Positions 23,473 through 38,120 are shown, numbered from the whole stretch's first letter. The stretch: 63,336 bases of DNA, filler included, from Octopus bimaculoides (GCF_001194135.2; 5 parts of 5 records of this genome joined end to end with filler, not necessarily neighbours in it); one strand, 5' to 3'. Notes: generated by a model not told the origin, from the letters alone. Numbers and translations: made by a program.

Positions 23473-24652
23473 ACACACATACAAGAATATGGATATACAC
23501 ACGTGCGCATATATACACATACATATATACGTATGAGTGAGTTTATCTATCTACATACATATATGTATATATATATATATAGCATGTATGTATATATACA
23601 CACACACAAACACACACAAACACATACACACATACACACATAGATACCTTATTAATCATCATTTTATATACACCTACATAATGTTATATATAGATTCACA
23701 TATATATATATGTGTGTGTGTGTGTGTGTATACCTCATATATATATATATATATATATACCTCATTAATCACCCATTACATACGCACACACATATATATA
23801 TACACACACACACTCAGATATGTGCTCGTACACACGTACATACGCCAAGCTATTAAAACTCACGCACTCCATTACGCATGCCCATACACACATATACACA
23901 CATATATAAACAAACCTTACCTAAACATATGCACGTGTCAAAGGGACAATTTGTTACACACGCACAGTTAGACACACACACACACACACACAGACACACA
24001 CAACGAGACATACATACTCACATTGGTTTATGATTTCTACACACACATACACACACACACACACATACACATGCACACACGCATACACAGAGCGGAAAAG
24101 GAAAATTGAAACCAGGTTTCTGTCTCAAGATATGACACACATTTACATATACACACTTAGATACACACTCATATACACATACTTACATACATACACACAC
24201 ATACTCACACTCGCACGCATAAACACGCACGCACGGACGCACAAACGCACACACATATAGACATACAGAACGTATGTGTACACATATATGACACGCGACA
24301 AAGGGACACGTTCTTATATCCGTGGAAGGAATGTCCAAACACACGCATACACATACACACGCACACACATTCACACAGAGACGTATACGTATACATACGC
24401 TGTACATACACACGCACTTATGAACAGATATTTCTACACGTACACACAACGCAGACTTTAATTTCACTCCTACACACATACAGACAGACGCACATACATA
24501 CATACATACATACATACATACGTACGTACATACATACATACGTACATACATACATACGTACGTACATACATACATACATACGTACGTACATACATACATA
24601 CGTACATACATACAGATACACATATACATTTATACGTATATACACATATACA

Positions 24653-24690
<38 letters not shown>

Positions 24691-25145
24691 NNNNNNNNNN
24701 NNNNNNNNNNNNNNNNNNNNNNNNNNNNNNNNNNNNNNNNNNNNNNNNNNNNNNNNNNNNNNNNNNNNNNNNNNNNNNNNNNNNNNNNNNNNNNNNNNNN
24801 NNNNNNNNNNNNNNNNNNNNNNNNNNNNNNNNNNNNNNNNNNNNNNNNNNNNNNNNNNNNNNNNNNNNNNNNNNNNNNNNNNNNNNNNNNNNNNNNNNNN
24901 NNNNNNNNNNNNNNNNNNNNNNNNNNNNNNNNNNNNNNNNNNNNNNNNNNNNNNNNNNNNNNNNNNNNNATATATATGGGAGAATATACAAAAAATAACA
25001 ACAGACGAGGACAGGTGGTGTAAATAACAAAAGTATATATTAGTATGACGCTCGGGAATACGGAAAGTCTTTGACGTTTCGAGCTACGCTCTTCAACAGA
25101 AAGAATACGGAGACAAGGAGAAAAACACGGAGAAAAAAAAAATTG

Positions 25146-25204
<59 letters not shown>

Positions 25205-25318
25205 TGTATATTCTTTTATTTTTCCAGTCATTTGACTGCGGCCATGCTGGAGCACCGAAGCAAAGTTGCTAGTTATAAAATCTCAAGAAGATATAAAGCA
25301 ATAACGTACTCGCTCTAC

Positions 25319-25362
<44 letters not shown>

Positions 25363-25423
25363 TGTCTGTACACNNNNNNNNNNGTGTGTGTGTGTCTGTC
25401 TGTCTGTACACACGCGCGAGCGT

Positions 25424-25460
<37 letters not shown>

Positions 25461-26341
25461 TACATACGCACACATGCATATTAGATACTGCACCTGACAC
25501 ACTTCTCTCTCGTACATACACACGGACAGACAATACATAACAAAGTACTTTACACACACGCCCCCCCCCCTACACACAGACACATACACACACACACGCA
25601 CCCCTCCCCCCCCACACACACACAGACACATACACACACACACACATACACACGAACGAAACGGCTAACTTAATCCATATACAAAAAAAATNNNNNNNNN
25701 NNNNNNNNNNNNNNNNNNNNNNNNNNNNNNNNNNNNNNNNNNNNNNNNNNNNNNNNNNNNNNNNNNNNNNNNNNNNNNNNNNNNNNNNNNNNNNNNNNNN
25801 NNNNNNNNNNNNNNNNNNNNNNNNNNNNNNNNNNNNNNNNNNNNNNNNNNNNNNNNNNNNNNNNNNNNNNNNNNNNNNNNNNNNNNNNNNNNNNNNNNNN
25901 NNNNNNNNNNNNNNNNNNNNNNNNNNNNNNNNNNNNNNNNNNNNNNNNNNNNNNNNNNNNNNNNNNNNNNNNNNNNNNNNNNNNNNNNNNNNNNNNNNNN
26001 NNNNNNNNNNNNNNNNNNNNNNNNNNNNNNNNNNNNNNNNNNNNNNNNNNNNNNNNNNNNNNNNNNNNNNNNNNNNNNNNNNNNNNNNNNNNNNNNNNNN
26101 NNNNNNNNNNNNNNNNNNNNNNNNNNNNNNNNNNNNNNNNNNNNNNNNNNNNNNNNNNNNNNNNNNNNNNNNNNNNNNNNNNNNNNNNNNNNNNNNNNNN
26201 NNNNNNNNNNNNNNNNNTTTCATCTTTTACTAGCTTCAGCTCGAAAGCTGTGGCCATGTTGGAGCACCGCCATTACTAAGATATATATATATATATATAT
26301 ATGTATATGTGTATATATATATGTTAGAAAAAATAATAATC

Positions 26342-26372
<31 letters not shown>

Positions 26373-27595
26373 CGTACGTATAAGAAGGGATGACCACTAA
26401 TACGCATGTATTACATGCGCATGTAATACGCATGTAATACACATGTAATACAATCTTTCTGAATTTTCAGATTTTTATATGCTAGGCCACTGGTTTTAAA
26501 TTGATGTTAATTAAATAAATATTCAATTCATTACCTTCATTTTACATTTGATGTAATGTTCACATTGCTTAATTAAATGCAGTCGCATGAAACGATCGGA
26601 CTGCATTAACTTTGGATATCCTTGTTGCTTATTCTGATTTTAATCACCATATTTTGAAACTGAATGGATCATACCATACTAAATTCTGGTGCCTAGACTT
26701 AAGTATCATATTCACCTTGAATCTATATATANNNNNNNNNNNNNNNNNNNNNNNNNNNNNNNNNNNNNNNNNNNNNNNNNNNNNNNNNNNNNNNNNNNNN
26801 NNNNNNNNNNNNNNNNNNNNNNNNNNNNNNNNNNNNNNNNNNNNNNNNNNNNNNNNNNNNNNNNNNNNNNNNNNNNNNNNNNNNNNNNNNNNNNNNNNNN
26901 NNNNNNNNNNNNNNNNNNNNNNNNNNNNNNNNNNNNNNNNNNNNNNNNNNNNNNNNNNNNNNNNNNNNNNNNNNNNNNNNNNNNNNNNNNNNNNNNNNNN
27001 NNNNNNNNNNNNNNNNNNNNNNNNNNNNNNNNNNNNNNNNNNNNNNNNNNNNNNNNNNNNNNNNNNNNNNNNNNNNNNNNNNNNNNNNNNNNNNNNNNNN
27101 NNNNNNNNNNNNNNNNNNNNNNNNNNNNNNNNNNNNNNNNNNNNNNNNNNNNNNNNNNNNNNNNNNNNNNNNNNNNNNNNNNNNNNNNNNNNNNNNNNNN
27201 NNNNNNNNNNNNNNNNNNNNNNNNNNNNNNNNNNNNNNNNNNNNNNNNNNNNNNNNNNNNNNNNNNNNNNNNNNNNNNNNNNNNNNNNNNNNNNNNNNNN
27301 NNNNNNNNNNNNNNNNNNNNNNNNNNNNNNNNNNNNNNNNNNNNNNNNNNNNNNNNNNNNNNNNNNNNNNNNNNNNNNNNNNNNNNNNNNNNNNNNNNNN
27401 NNNNNNNNNNNNNNNNNNNNNNNNNNNNNNNNNNNNNNNNNNNNNNNNNNNNNNNNNNNNNNNNNNNNNNNNNNNNNNNNNNNNNNNNNNNNNNNNNNNN
27501 NNNNNNNNNNNNNNNNNNNNNNNNNNNNNNNNNNNNNNNNNNNNNNNNNNNNNNNNNNNNNNNNNNNNNNNNNNNNNNNNNNNNNNNNNNNNNNN

Positions 27596-27768
27596 ATATA
27601 TACGACGGGCTTCTTTCAGTTTCCGTCTACCAAACAAATCCATTAACAAGGCTTTGATCGGCCTGAGGCTATTCTAGAAACACACTACCCCAAGGTGTCA
27701 CGCAGTAGGACTGAACTCAGAACCATGTGGTTGGGATGCAAGCCTCTTACTACACAGCCACTCCTGTA
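27596..27768 (-). mobile_element. SINE family A, 5' half emerging from a gap
   Basis: tacgacgggcttctttcagtttccgtctacc...ttactacacagccactcct. Confidence 0.85.
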
Positions 27769-28281
27769 TATGTAACGTCCCCTCTTTGTGTAGACCAACT
27801 GGTTAAATAAAAATTCGTTTTTTTAATTACTGGAGCTTGTTGGAAAAGAACGAAGAATGTCTTAGGAATGGTTTTGGTAATTGGCATTCTTGTTGATGGA
27901 GTAAACGTTGTTCTTGTTCTTGTTCTTGCTGCTGCTGCTGCTGCTGCTGCTACTGCTTAACCTTGGATCATCTCGAGCATTCATAGGTTCTGCTGATGAA
28001 AAGCATTCCAAGCTTCACCATTTTGCCTTTTCGACCTTTGTCGCACCGTATTATTACTTGACGTGTCTTTTAAATTCTTATTAAAGGCGGTAAGACAAGA
28101 TTTGATAGCGATTTGGCTGATATTTTTAGCACTTTGTGCGACCATGTATGCAGACTAGACACTCTTTCCCTCTAAGTCTCGCGTCACTTTTTTGTTGGTT
28201 AATGATTATGATGGTGGTGGCGGTGGTGGCTGTTGTGATGGTGGTGGGGCGGTGTTGAAAGTAGTAGTAGTAGTAGTAGTG

Positions 28282-28316
<35 letters not shown>

Positions 28317-28384
28317 TACTATAATAGTAATGGGGGTGTGAAGAGGGTACTGGCGGCAGTAGCAAAGGTAGTTTCTATGCTTCT

Positions 28385-28445
28385 ATGACGCGCTGGTGGC
28401 AGCGCACGTGTTAGTTTTTTCATGCTTCAATAAGTTGGCGGGAAA
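28385..28445. promoter_or_regulatory. Candidate regulatory patch (E2F-like site, E-box, CpG-rich)
   Basis: TTGGCGGGAAA at 28435-28445, CACGTG at 28405-28410, TGACG at 28386-28390. Motif matches only. Confidence 0.25.
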
Positions 28446-28734
28446 CTTCTGGCTTTCAGCCAAAAATTCTTGTAATTTTTAGTCGTAACTACAAAAAAAG
28501 GGTCTCATATTTTAGTGGGGAAAAGGGAAATGATGGCTTCGTGGCTTTCCCAGGGGTTAGGGGTTAGAGATGGAGTGACGATTGTTATTGGAGCTGTTTC
28601 TTTTTCTTTTTTTTTCACTTATCATCATTTATTTTCTTTTTTTTCCTTTTTTTTTTTTTTTTGCAGTGGTCGTTGTTGTTGATGTTGTTGTTGTATGTGG
28701 GGATTTTTCTTGCTGTTTTTTCTTGTTACTGTGA

Positions 28735-28850
28735 CTGTTGTCGGCGAGCTGGGCGAAATGCTTAGTGGTGTTTCGTCTGCCCTTACGTTCTGAGTACAAA
28801 TTCCGCCGAGGTCGACTTTGCCTTTCCATCCTTTCGGAGTCGATAAATCA
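28735..28850 (+). mobile_element. tRNA-derived SINE family B (to gap)
   Basis: ggcgagctgg...gttctgagtacaaattccgccgaggtcgactttgcctttccatcctttcggagtcgataaat. Confidence 0.8.
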
Positions 28851-29279
28851 NNNNNNNNNNNNNNNNNNNNNNNNNNNNNNNNNNNNNNNNNNNNNNNNNN
28901 NNNNNNNNNNNNNNNNNNNNNNNNNNNNNNNNNNNNNNNNNNNNNNNNNNNNNNNNNNNNNNNNNNNNNNNNNNNNNNNNNNNNNNNNNNNNNNNNNNNN
29001 NNNNNNNNNNNNNNNNNNNNNNNNNNNNNNNNNNNNNNNNNNNNNNNNNNNNNNNNNNNNNNNNNNNNNNNNNNNNNNNNNNNNNNNNNNNNNNNNNNNN
29101 NNNNNNNNNNNNNNNNNNNNNNNNNNNNNNNNNNNNNNNNNNNNNNNNNNNNNNNNNNNNNNNNNNNNNNNNNNNNNNNNNNNNNNNNNNNNNNNNNNNN
29201 NNNNNNNNNNNNNNNNNNNNNNNNNNNNNNNNNNNNNNAATAAATAAATAGATAAATATAAATAGATAAATAAATAGAT

Positions 29280-29480
29280 CTTTCTATTATAGGCATAGGG
29301 CCTAAAATTTTGTGGGAGGGGAACAGTCTATTACATCGACCCCCTTGTTTCACTGATATTTAATTTATCGACCTCGAAAGGATGAAAGGCAAAGTCGACC
29401 TCGGCGGAAATTGAACTCAGAACGTAAAGACAGACGAAATGCTTAGCAGCATTTCGTCCTGCGTGCTAACGATTCTGCCA
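29280..29480 (-). mobile_element. SINE family B
   Basis: Reverse complement of head and core, with tail aaattttaggccctatgcctataatagaaag. Confidence 0.82.
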
Positions 29481-30589
29481 ATAATAATAATAATAATAAT
29501 AATAATAGTAATAATAATGCTCAAAATATTGCAAATAAAACAATCTAATGGCAACGCCAAACACACAACTAACACCCCAGACATCTTCAGTCACTGCACA
29601 AACATATACACATACGCACGCACGCACGGACACACGCTCACTTCCTTTCTCCTAATGTCTGAGGTAGAGAATTCAGTTGCTGACAAGTTATTACCAAAGC
29701 GACATCAGTTACAATGCACCCAAGTGACCTTAAGAGATGCACGCACCCAACAACCTGTAAAAAACAAAAAACAAAGATACAAGGTAAAGAATATTAAAAA
29801 AAAATCTAACTTCCTTCCTTATGTCAATTAATACATACTTGCATATAGATATGTGGTGTGCGTGTGAGAATATATAAAAAATATGTGTGTGTATGTATGT
29901 ATGTATTGTATGTATGTATATATACTTACAAATATGTATGTATATATATATACACATATATACATATATATATNNNNNNNNNNNNNNNNNNNNNNNNNNN
30001 NNNNNNNNNNNNNNNNNTTAATTAATTAANNNNNNNNNNNNNNNNNNNNNNNNNNNNNNNNNNNNNNNNNNNNTATCAAGTAGTTAGCGTGAAAAACCTC
30101 ATAAGAGAAAAAATTATTAATTATTTCCTTTAAATATATTTATTTATATTAAGGGCATTACTATACATAAATGCCTCACACTAGGAGGGACTCTTGAAGT
30201 CAAAACTACCATAATAAACATAATAATCATACAAAGTACGGACCGTGAGGGAATGCAACTCTCGAAGCGACCCTTTTAAAAACAGATTCAGCTGCAGATC
30301 ATATGATTTCATAATAAGTGCACAAAAATGCACTTTTTAATCGCCAGTGCAGGCATAATCAAGACACGTAAAACTGAACCAAAAAATCAACATACTAGAC
30401 GAACACCAAATGTATCCAGCATAGTACATAGAATTGATCACACTTATATATCTATGTAAGAGGAGGACTTTTCGAATTGCATCTCGGTACACATGTTTAT
30501 TCATAAAAAAATTCAGCACTGAATATATTCCGGTTAAATTTACAATTTAAAAGTAGGACTAAGCTTTGGCCACGAACTGGAAGATCAAC

Positions 30590-31230
30590 CTTTGGAATGA
30601 GCCAGTGTCTAGCTGTGCAGCATCTGTAATAGAGTGGATGAAACCATTGACCATAACACAAATGCCCTAGACTTGCCCCAAACCACTATAGGTTGTGGCA
30701 ACATGATCAGGTAGTAAAAGTGCAACATTGGAAACTGTGCGAAAAGTGGGGGCTAGAGAGAGGCAAGAGGTAGTATGAGCACAAACCGCTGAGAGTGGTG
30801 GAGTCGGAGACTTGCAAAATCCTCTGAGATTTCCCAAGCCCAAACATCAGGTGGTAGAGCATAACAGAGCAGATCTAGAGGTGGGGCATGTGTTATATAT
30901 TTAATATTGCATGCCCCTTTAACCCAACTACATCACTCTTAAGTACGAAAGAGCCAGGCAGGGAATATGAAGAAGGCGAAGACAGTATAAATAATTCTTG
31001 GGTCCTTAGGGGACTATATCAGAATGCATCAAAGGAATATAAAGGAAATTGGAATAGAGGGACCTGTAGAAAAGTTACAATAGTATTGCCTCCTTGGCAC
31101 GACCAGAATAATCAGGTAAGCATTAGACAGCTGAAAAGAACGGATAGCATGATACCGTAGGCTGCAGGCATCAAGCTCGCTATGCATGCATGACACCGGG
31201 AGTTTAAAAAGAACCTATGATAAAAATAAA
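30590..31230 (+). mobile_element. R4/Dong-like non-LTR retrotransposon 3' fragment (zinc knuckle plus restriction-like endonuclease)
   Basis: Broken ETIDH, HWKLCEKWGL, EHKPLRVVESETCKIL, IACPFN, LLGTTRII motifs; ends in (AAC)n(AAT)n. Confidence 0.75.
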
Positions 31231-31252
31231 AAACAACAACAACAACAACAAC

Positions 31253-31290
<38 letters not shown>

Positions 31291-31299
31291 TGATTATCC

Positions 31300-31485
31300 T
31301 TTCTACTGAAGGCACAAGACCTGAAATTTGGGGAGAGGGGACAAGTCAATTACATCGACCTGAGTGCTTCACTGATACTTAATTTAGTGACCTCGAAAGG
31401 ATGCAAGGCAAAGCTGACCTCGGCGACGGACGAAATACCGCTAAGAATTTCGGCCAACGCGCTAACGATTCTGCCATCTCGCCGC
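31300..31485 (-). mobile_element. SINE family B with internal deletion
   Basis: ggcacaagacctgaaatttggggagagg...cgaaaggatgcaaggcaaagctgacctcggcg...gctaacgattctgcc. Confidence 0.78.
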
Positions 31486-31491
31486 CTTTAC

Positions 31492-31553
<62 letters not shown>

Positions 31554-32439
31554 TGATTATGATAATCGTACTTTTAGGGACTCGAATAAATGGCCGTTAA
31601 ATAAACAATAGCTTAAGAAGAACCTAATGTATACATGCGTGGCTGTTACAGATAAAACATTTCACCATTACAGAGAAAGTTGCACAACAGCTTTCAAATC
31701 TCGATAATATAACCACGTCTTATCATTTAGACATAAGAATAAAGAAAGCTCGTGTCATCATTTAGGTCTGTTTTATATGTAGCTCTGTAAAAATATAAGA
31801 TATTAAGACGGTAATGCAACCACGGATTTACAAATTAAACTGATATTGGACGTCGATTTGGATTAAGTGCAGTTCCATGCAAATTACAAGGCATTTTGTT
31901 AATCTGGTGGGGATTTTTGTATCTGGAGAGAGTTTTAAAAGTATTTTGATTGAAGTACTAATCAGTTCTAAATAACTTTTTCTTATACATACATACATAC
32001 ATACATACATANNNNNNNNNNNNNNNNNNNNNNNNNNNNNNNNNNNNNNNNNNNNNNNNNNNNNNNNNNNNNNNNNNNNNATATATATATAAATATTCAT
32101 ATATATTAAACTGTGAATCTCGAAGTAGATAGAGCTATAACTAATAGCGAGTAAATATTAGATAGAAAAAAGTTGAATATAAAACGTCAATGCAAAATGT
32201 CTTTTTAATCCAATACTTAGACACTATTATTCATCGGTTTATATGCTTCGTTTCCCACAAAAATTATTTCATATTCTGTCGAAATTTCTAAATTCTTATG
32301 ATATAAACAACACGTGTGTGCGCGCGAACGATTTATTTCTAGCAATCTAATACTTGTGCTGCACATGACATCACCTTCTTTATTAAATCTCTGCATAAGG
32401 GTACAATATGGCAGACGTCTGATAGCGAAGAAATTGCAG

Positions 32440-32545
32440 AACAATACAAAATGAAGTATTTCGCCATAGGAAGACAACTCACCACCCGGAATCGAAACCG
32501 CGATGTTGTGACAATGAATGAAATACCCTAACTTCTAGGCCAGGT
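32440..32545 (-). mobile_element. Degenerate tRNA-derived SINE head (family D)
   Basis: atgaagtatt...cccggaatcgaaaccgcgat...cctaacttctaggcc; similar pieces at 39645-39735 and 39875-39975. Confidence 0.5.
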
Positions 32546-33107
32546 GTTTTTCAAGCGACAATGCAGTATTTTATAACATAGTACCCATGATAAAATACCC
32601 TCTGTATTAACATCATAGGTTTTATTAGCGTCTTGCCCCTTCAAATGGTAATTAACATCATGATTTAGGGTCTTCCCCCACCCAGGATCCTTTATAGACA
32701 GTTACTTTTAACCCAATTTACTACCCCTAAAATCTTGCCAATATTTATGACCACAGCTAAACATGAGCTGTCAAAACACTCTTGCCCTTCATTCCAAACA
32801 GACACAGTCCTCTTGTCAAAGATTTAGAAGTTGATAAAAAGACAAATAAATTAGAAATGAACCACAATCCTTTACAAGTTCTGACCCCAGTAAGCTTCAT
32901 GCATATCTTAGAAGTGTGGTATATTCTTAGCGACAACATGGATTTCTTCCACCTTCTTGCTCAGTTAAAGTATTTGAGTAAAATTATACGAATATGTCCG
33001 ACTGATTAAAATTCTACATATTTGTGCAGCTGATGATAACCCTGCATTTAAACTGATGTAATGATTGCATTATTCAATTAGACGGAGCCGCTTGNNNNNN
33101 NNNNATA

Positions 33108-33145
<38 letters not shown>

Positions 33146-33329
33146 TATGTACGTATGAACATGTATATGTATATTTGTGTATAGGGAGATAGGGAGAGAC
33201 ATGCAGATATGGATAGAGAGACAGATAAATAGATATATAGATGTAGATATGCACACACATACACACACACGCTTATACATACATAAATGTATATAAATCC
33301 GCACATGTACATATCTACATATATGTATA

Positions 33330-33386
<57 letters not shown>

Positions 33387-34170
33387 ACATGCATTCATGT
33401 GTGCATGTTCATTCAGTTATGTATTTATGTGTATGTAATTGAGTGATCGATTGGCTAATTGATGAATTGAGTGAGAGATCGATATATACACAGATGTAGG
33501 AGTAAACAAGTATTTGAATATGAAAATTAATATTTATTTATTATATCATTATGCACATAATCATAAGCACATATACATATAGAAAAACCTACATATTTCT
33601 ATCATAACTACATACATACATACATATATACATATATATANNNNNNNNNNNNNNNNNNNNNNNNNNNNNNNNNNNNNNNNNNNNNNNNNNNNNNNNNNNN
33701 NNNNNNNNNNNNNNNNNNNNNNNNNNNNNNNNNNNNNNNNNNNNNNNNNNNNNNNNNNNNNNNNNNNNNNNNNNNNNNNNNNNNNNNNNNNNNNNNNNNN
33801 NNNNNNNNNNNNNNNNNNNNNNNNNNNNNNNNNNNNNNNNNNNNNNNNNNNNNNNNNNNNNNNNNNNNNNNNNNNNNNNNNNNNNNNNNNNNNNNNNNNN
33901 NNNNNNNNNNNNNNNNNNNNNNNNNNNNNNNNNNNNNNNNNNNNNNNNNNNNNNNNNNNNNNNNNNNNNNNNNNNNNNNNNNNNNNNNNNNNNNNNNNNN
34001 NNNNNNNNNNNNNNNNNNNNNNNNNNNNNNNNNNNNNNNNNNNNNNNNNNNNNNNNNNNNNNNNNNNNNNNNNNNNNNNNNNNNNNNNNNNNNNNNNNNN
34101 NNNNNNNNNNNNNNNNNNNNNNNNNNNNNNNNNNNNNNNNNNNNNNNNNNNNNNNNNNNNNNNNNNNNNN

Positions 34171-34219
<49 letters not shown>

Positions 34220-34500
34220 CGTATGTATATATATATGTATGCACACATTATATATACATATATGCGAGCGCAGAATGAGACTGGAGGAAAGAGAGAAATG
34301 AAATGGAATGAAGATTACCGAAAAAATATGATGTAAGAAGATAAGAGATAGCATACCAGATATCTGTTTTCTTAGGGATACACATTCACATACGCACATC
34401 CAAAAACACATCTACACTCACACAGACTCACACACACACATACATATATACGCACACTAGCATACGTATATACAGGAATACAAACATCTCTCACTGGATT

Positions 34501-34550
<50 letters not shown>

Positions 34551-34673
34551 CATATATATGTATGTATGTATGTATGTATATATATGCATGCATACATACA
34601 TGTAATATATACATGTGTATGCTTCTATATATATGTAAATATTTATATGCACATATACATGCATATATACGTA

Positions 34674-34718
<45 letters not shown>

Positions 34719-34770
34719 AACTTATATGCATATATGCAAAAATACACACACATATATGACATATAGTAAG

Positions 34771-34810
<40 letters not shown>

Positions 34811-35194
34811 TATGTATGTATATATAAATATATCTCCGTGTATATGTATATACGACCCTATATATGTATTTTTATCTAAGTTTGGGGCTGTATGAAATTA
34901 CATACAAAAATTCACATTCTCAGTGTATACATGTGGGCGAGTGTGTTTGTATATATGTTTATGCGTGTATACACGTGTGTGTGAGTGTGTCTGAGCGTTT
35001 GTTTCTGTATGTATATACATTTGTGAGTATGTGAGTTTTATTTTTCCCTATCAGATCACATGCGTACATGAGGATAAGAACTTAGAGTATAGCCTACGTT
35101 TGTTCCTCTGTTTGTCTGTTTGTCTTGATATACATACATATATATATATATGCATACACAAATATACATACATATATGTGTGCGTGTGTGAGTG

Positions 35195-35239
<45 letters not shown>

Positions 35240-35251
35240 TAAAAATATATG

Positions 35252-35310
<59 letters not shown>

Positions 35311-35864
35311 GCATATGATAGATATATATATATGTATAGATACATATATATATACACGCATGTACTAGTTCTCTTTATGCGTTCTGTCCACACACACACA
35401 CTCATACACATACACACACATATTCACGCACACGCATTCAGACGCGCGCACACACACAGGCACAGGCACACACAAAGCGATACAAAACTTCCACACAGGA
35501 AATGTGTTTTCGTTTCCGAACAAACAGTTTTTGAAATTCAGTAAATATACTTCCATTTCAATTTTTCCTTCATAAGCAAAGAGTTCCATATCCGCTAATC
35601 CACGTTGTTTTCACTTAACGTCGATGGATCGCCATGAAAATTGTGGATTTAATAGAGAAATAAAGAAGCCGGTTTATATTATTCTTCATGTATCGTCGAA
35701 TCTGGAGAAGACGATTTTTTATTCTTTGCATTAGTGCAGGAATTATTAAAATCTCTTCTTAATCTCCTCAACCGATTTTCATTCCCTAGATTGCTTACAT
35801 CATTTCATGATGTAAACTATCTCATCCATCAAACTTCCTTTCTCTCTATCTCTTGCTCTTTGTA

Positions 35865-35907
<43 letters not shown>

Positions 35908-35972
35908 GTGTGTATAGACAAATATGCATGTATGTATATATACACATATATACATATACACATATAGATATA

Positions 35973-36035
<63 letters not shown>

Positions 36036-36205
36036 TTATATGAATGTATGTATGTATATATATATATATATATATAAGTGGGAGTAGACCGATCGATAAC
36101 CACATAGTTACGTGTGTACTTGCGTGCGTGTGTGTGTATATATCTCTTTCTATATTCTCACTCTATGCCTTCCATTCTCTCTGTATATTATTATTATTAT
36201 TATTA

Positions 36206-36234
<29 letters not shown>

Positions 36235-36236
<2 letters not shown>

Positions 36237-36765
36237 GAGAGCAGTGCACGTCATCAGAGTGACACTGGGATAAATTATACGAAGCCCAGTATACCCAGCA
36301 TGACTAACCATCTGATAAGGGTACACCAGGCACATGCATCACAACCATATGTGCACGACATGGTGATTTCATGATTTTGAAGGTGGGAGCCCTGTTAGAA
36401 TTTTCTGCAGGTTGAGTATCCCATCCCGCTCAAAAGGTCCCCGAATAAAGGTTGTTTAAGGATGTTGAACGAAACATCAATGTTACCAAAGGTGAATTCT
36501 TCAGACCCAAAGAATTCCTCTATGATGCTCCCCCACTACTTGTGCTCGTGATCAGAGATGCGCATATCGTCAGCCACCAAGGGACATGCTCAACTGGTTA
36601 AGGTCAAACAACTGACCAGCAAATCTGTGGTATTAAGCAGAATATTTGCTGTAGCCTACCTTTTATACCAAGACAAAACAATGTACATGATAACACTTCC
36701 AATCAGTTACGATCAAAATCCATGAGAGCCACTGCCTGGTCGCCTTAGTGGCAAATAAATGAAAC
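36235..36765 (-). repeat. Probable interspersed repeat of unknown class ending in a (CAAT)n tail
   Basis: Bounded by (GATT)n and (CAT/TAT)n arrays. It resembles an abundant octopus repeat as I recall it, but it is single copy in this window. Confidence 0.4.
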
Positions 36766-36785
36766 CATCATCATCATCATCATCA

Positions 36786-36822
<37 letters not shown>

Positions 36823-36829
36823 CAATATT

Positions 36830-36990
36830 AAGGTAGTGAGCTGGTAGAATCGTTAGCAGGCCGGGCGAAATGCTTAGCGGTGTCTCATCCTTTGGGAAAC
36901 GATCAATATAAGTAGCAGTGGAACACTGGGTCGATGCAACCGACTCATACCTTCCCCCAAAATGGCAGCCCTTGTGAGAAAATTTGAAAT
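36830..36990 (+). mobile_element. SINE family B, internally deleted
   Basis: gagctggtagaatcgttagcaggccgggcgaaatgcttagcggt...tcatcctttggg...gcccttgtgagaaaatttgaaa. Confidence 0.75.
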
Positions 36991-37885
36991 CATTATCATT
37001 ATTCATTGTGCGCGCAAATGTTTTATACTTGGAATCAATGTTCTTGATAACTGCATCCAATTATCCAGGACCTTTCTTAGAAACCTCGCTGTTTCCAATT
37101 AAACTGATTTCTGTATTAACGCTTTCCTTGTAGTTACACGAATCTGAATAAAAGGACTGAAAAATTTGCTGGTGACGGTACCTAAGGCACCTATAAAAAC
37201 TGGAATTATTTTTGTAGAAACCATAGTCTTCGCATTACTCTAGGTAATTCCTGGTATTTTCCTATTTCTCCTGTTCTTTGACCGCTGCATTCATGCTCGG
37301 AGGTATAGCCATATTTCTGATGACACACTCTTTTCTCCCCTTGGCCAGAACGATAATACCGGATTCCCTTGCATGAAGTTGAGGATCCGTCTGTACCCCA
37401 AAATACTGGTCGTCCTTTACTACACACCCTGGTTGATGCTGGTACTATTTTCTTCGTACTTCAAATCCGTTTTGCTGTAACATATCGCAGTCCAGTGCCT
37501 TGGCCGCACAAACATGTTTTCGTCAATATTCCTTCTGTGCCAAAAGAATACAGTAACTTATTATGTGTATAGCGTATTCCTCTTTCTCATAGCATACTTC
37601 GTATTTTGTTCTTTTTGCGGACTTGTTTACTTTTGCTTTAATGACATTCGTCAGTAATGATTGGCTTTGAGTAACCATGACAAATCCGCCCGTTTACTTC
37701 TTAAAGTCTCCATTTTGCAGCCGCAACCAAGGATCATCGGCTGTGACCTCCTGCGTTTGTCTCAGATACGAAACCGTTCAGTTCTCTTCTGCCGTGTTTT
37801 TTTCTCGCACGGTTTTTTTTCTTCTTTTCTTGCATTCCGTTTCATCCGCCGCACGTTCTTTCTCCTTTCCTCTGAAGCTGATATC
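36990..37885 (-). mobile_element. R4/Dong-like retrotransposon 3' fragment
   Basis: The reverse complement gives LRQTQEVTADDPWLRLQNGDFKK, QSLLTNVIKAKV, HIISYCILLAQKEY, KYQELPRVMRRLW, IPVFIGALGTV. The 5' end abuts (GAA)n. Confidence 0.82.
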
Positions 37886-37890
37886 TTCTT

Positions 37891-37921
<31 letters not shown>

Positions 37922-38120
37922 TTCTTCTTCTTCTTCTTCTTCTTCTTCTTCTTCTTCTTCTTCTTCTTCGTCTTCTTCTTCTTCTCCTCCTTCTTCTTCT
38001 TCCCCTCCCCTCCTCCTCCTCCTCCTCCTCCTTCTTCTTCTTCTTTTTTTTTCTTCTTCTTCTTCTTCTTCTTCTTCTTATTATTATTATTATTATTATT
38101 ATTATCATTATTATTATTAA
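37885..38120. repeat. Compound trinucleotide microsatellite TTC-CTC-TTC-TTA
   Basis: Directly visible; source of the poly-S/F/R ORF artefacts. Confidence 0.95.

Noticed and set aside
28552-28567. ggggttaggggttag, telomere-like
   Set aside because: Only two imperfect TTAGGG-like units.
32343-32537. 64-codon plus-strand frame after a good acceptor (QSNTCAAHDITFFIK...)
   Set aside because: Its distal half is a decayed antisense SINE head, so the frame is probably incidental.
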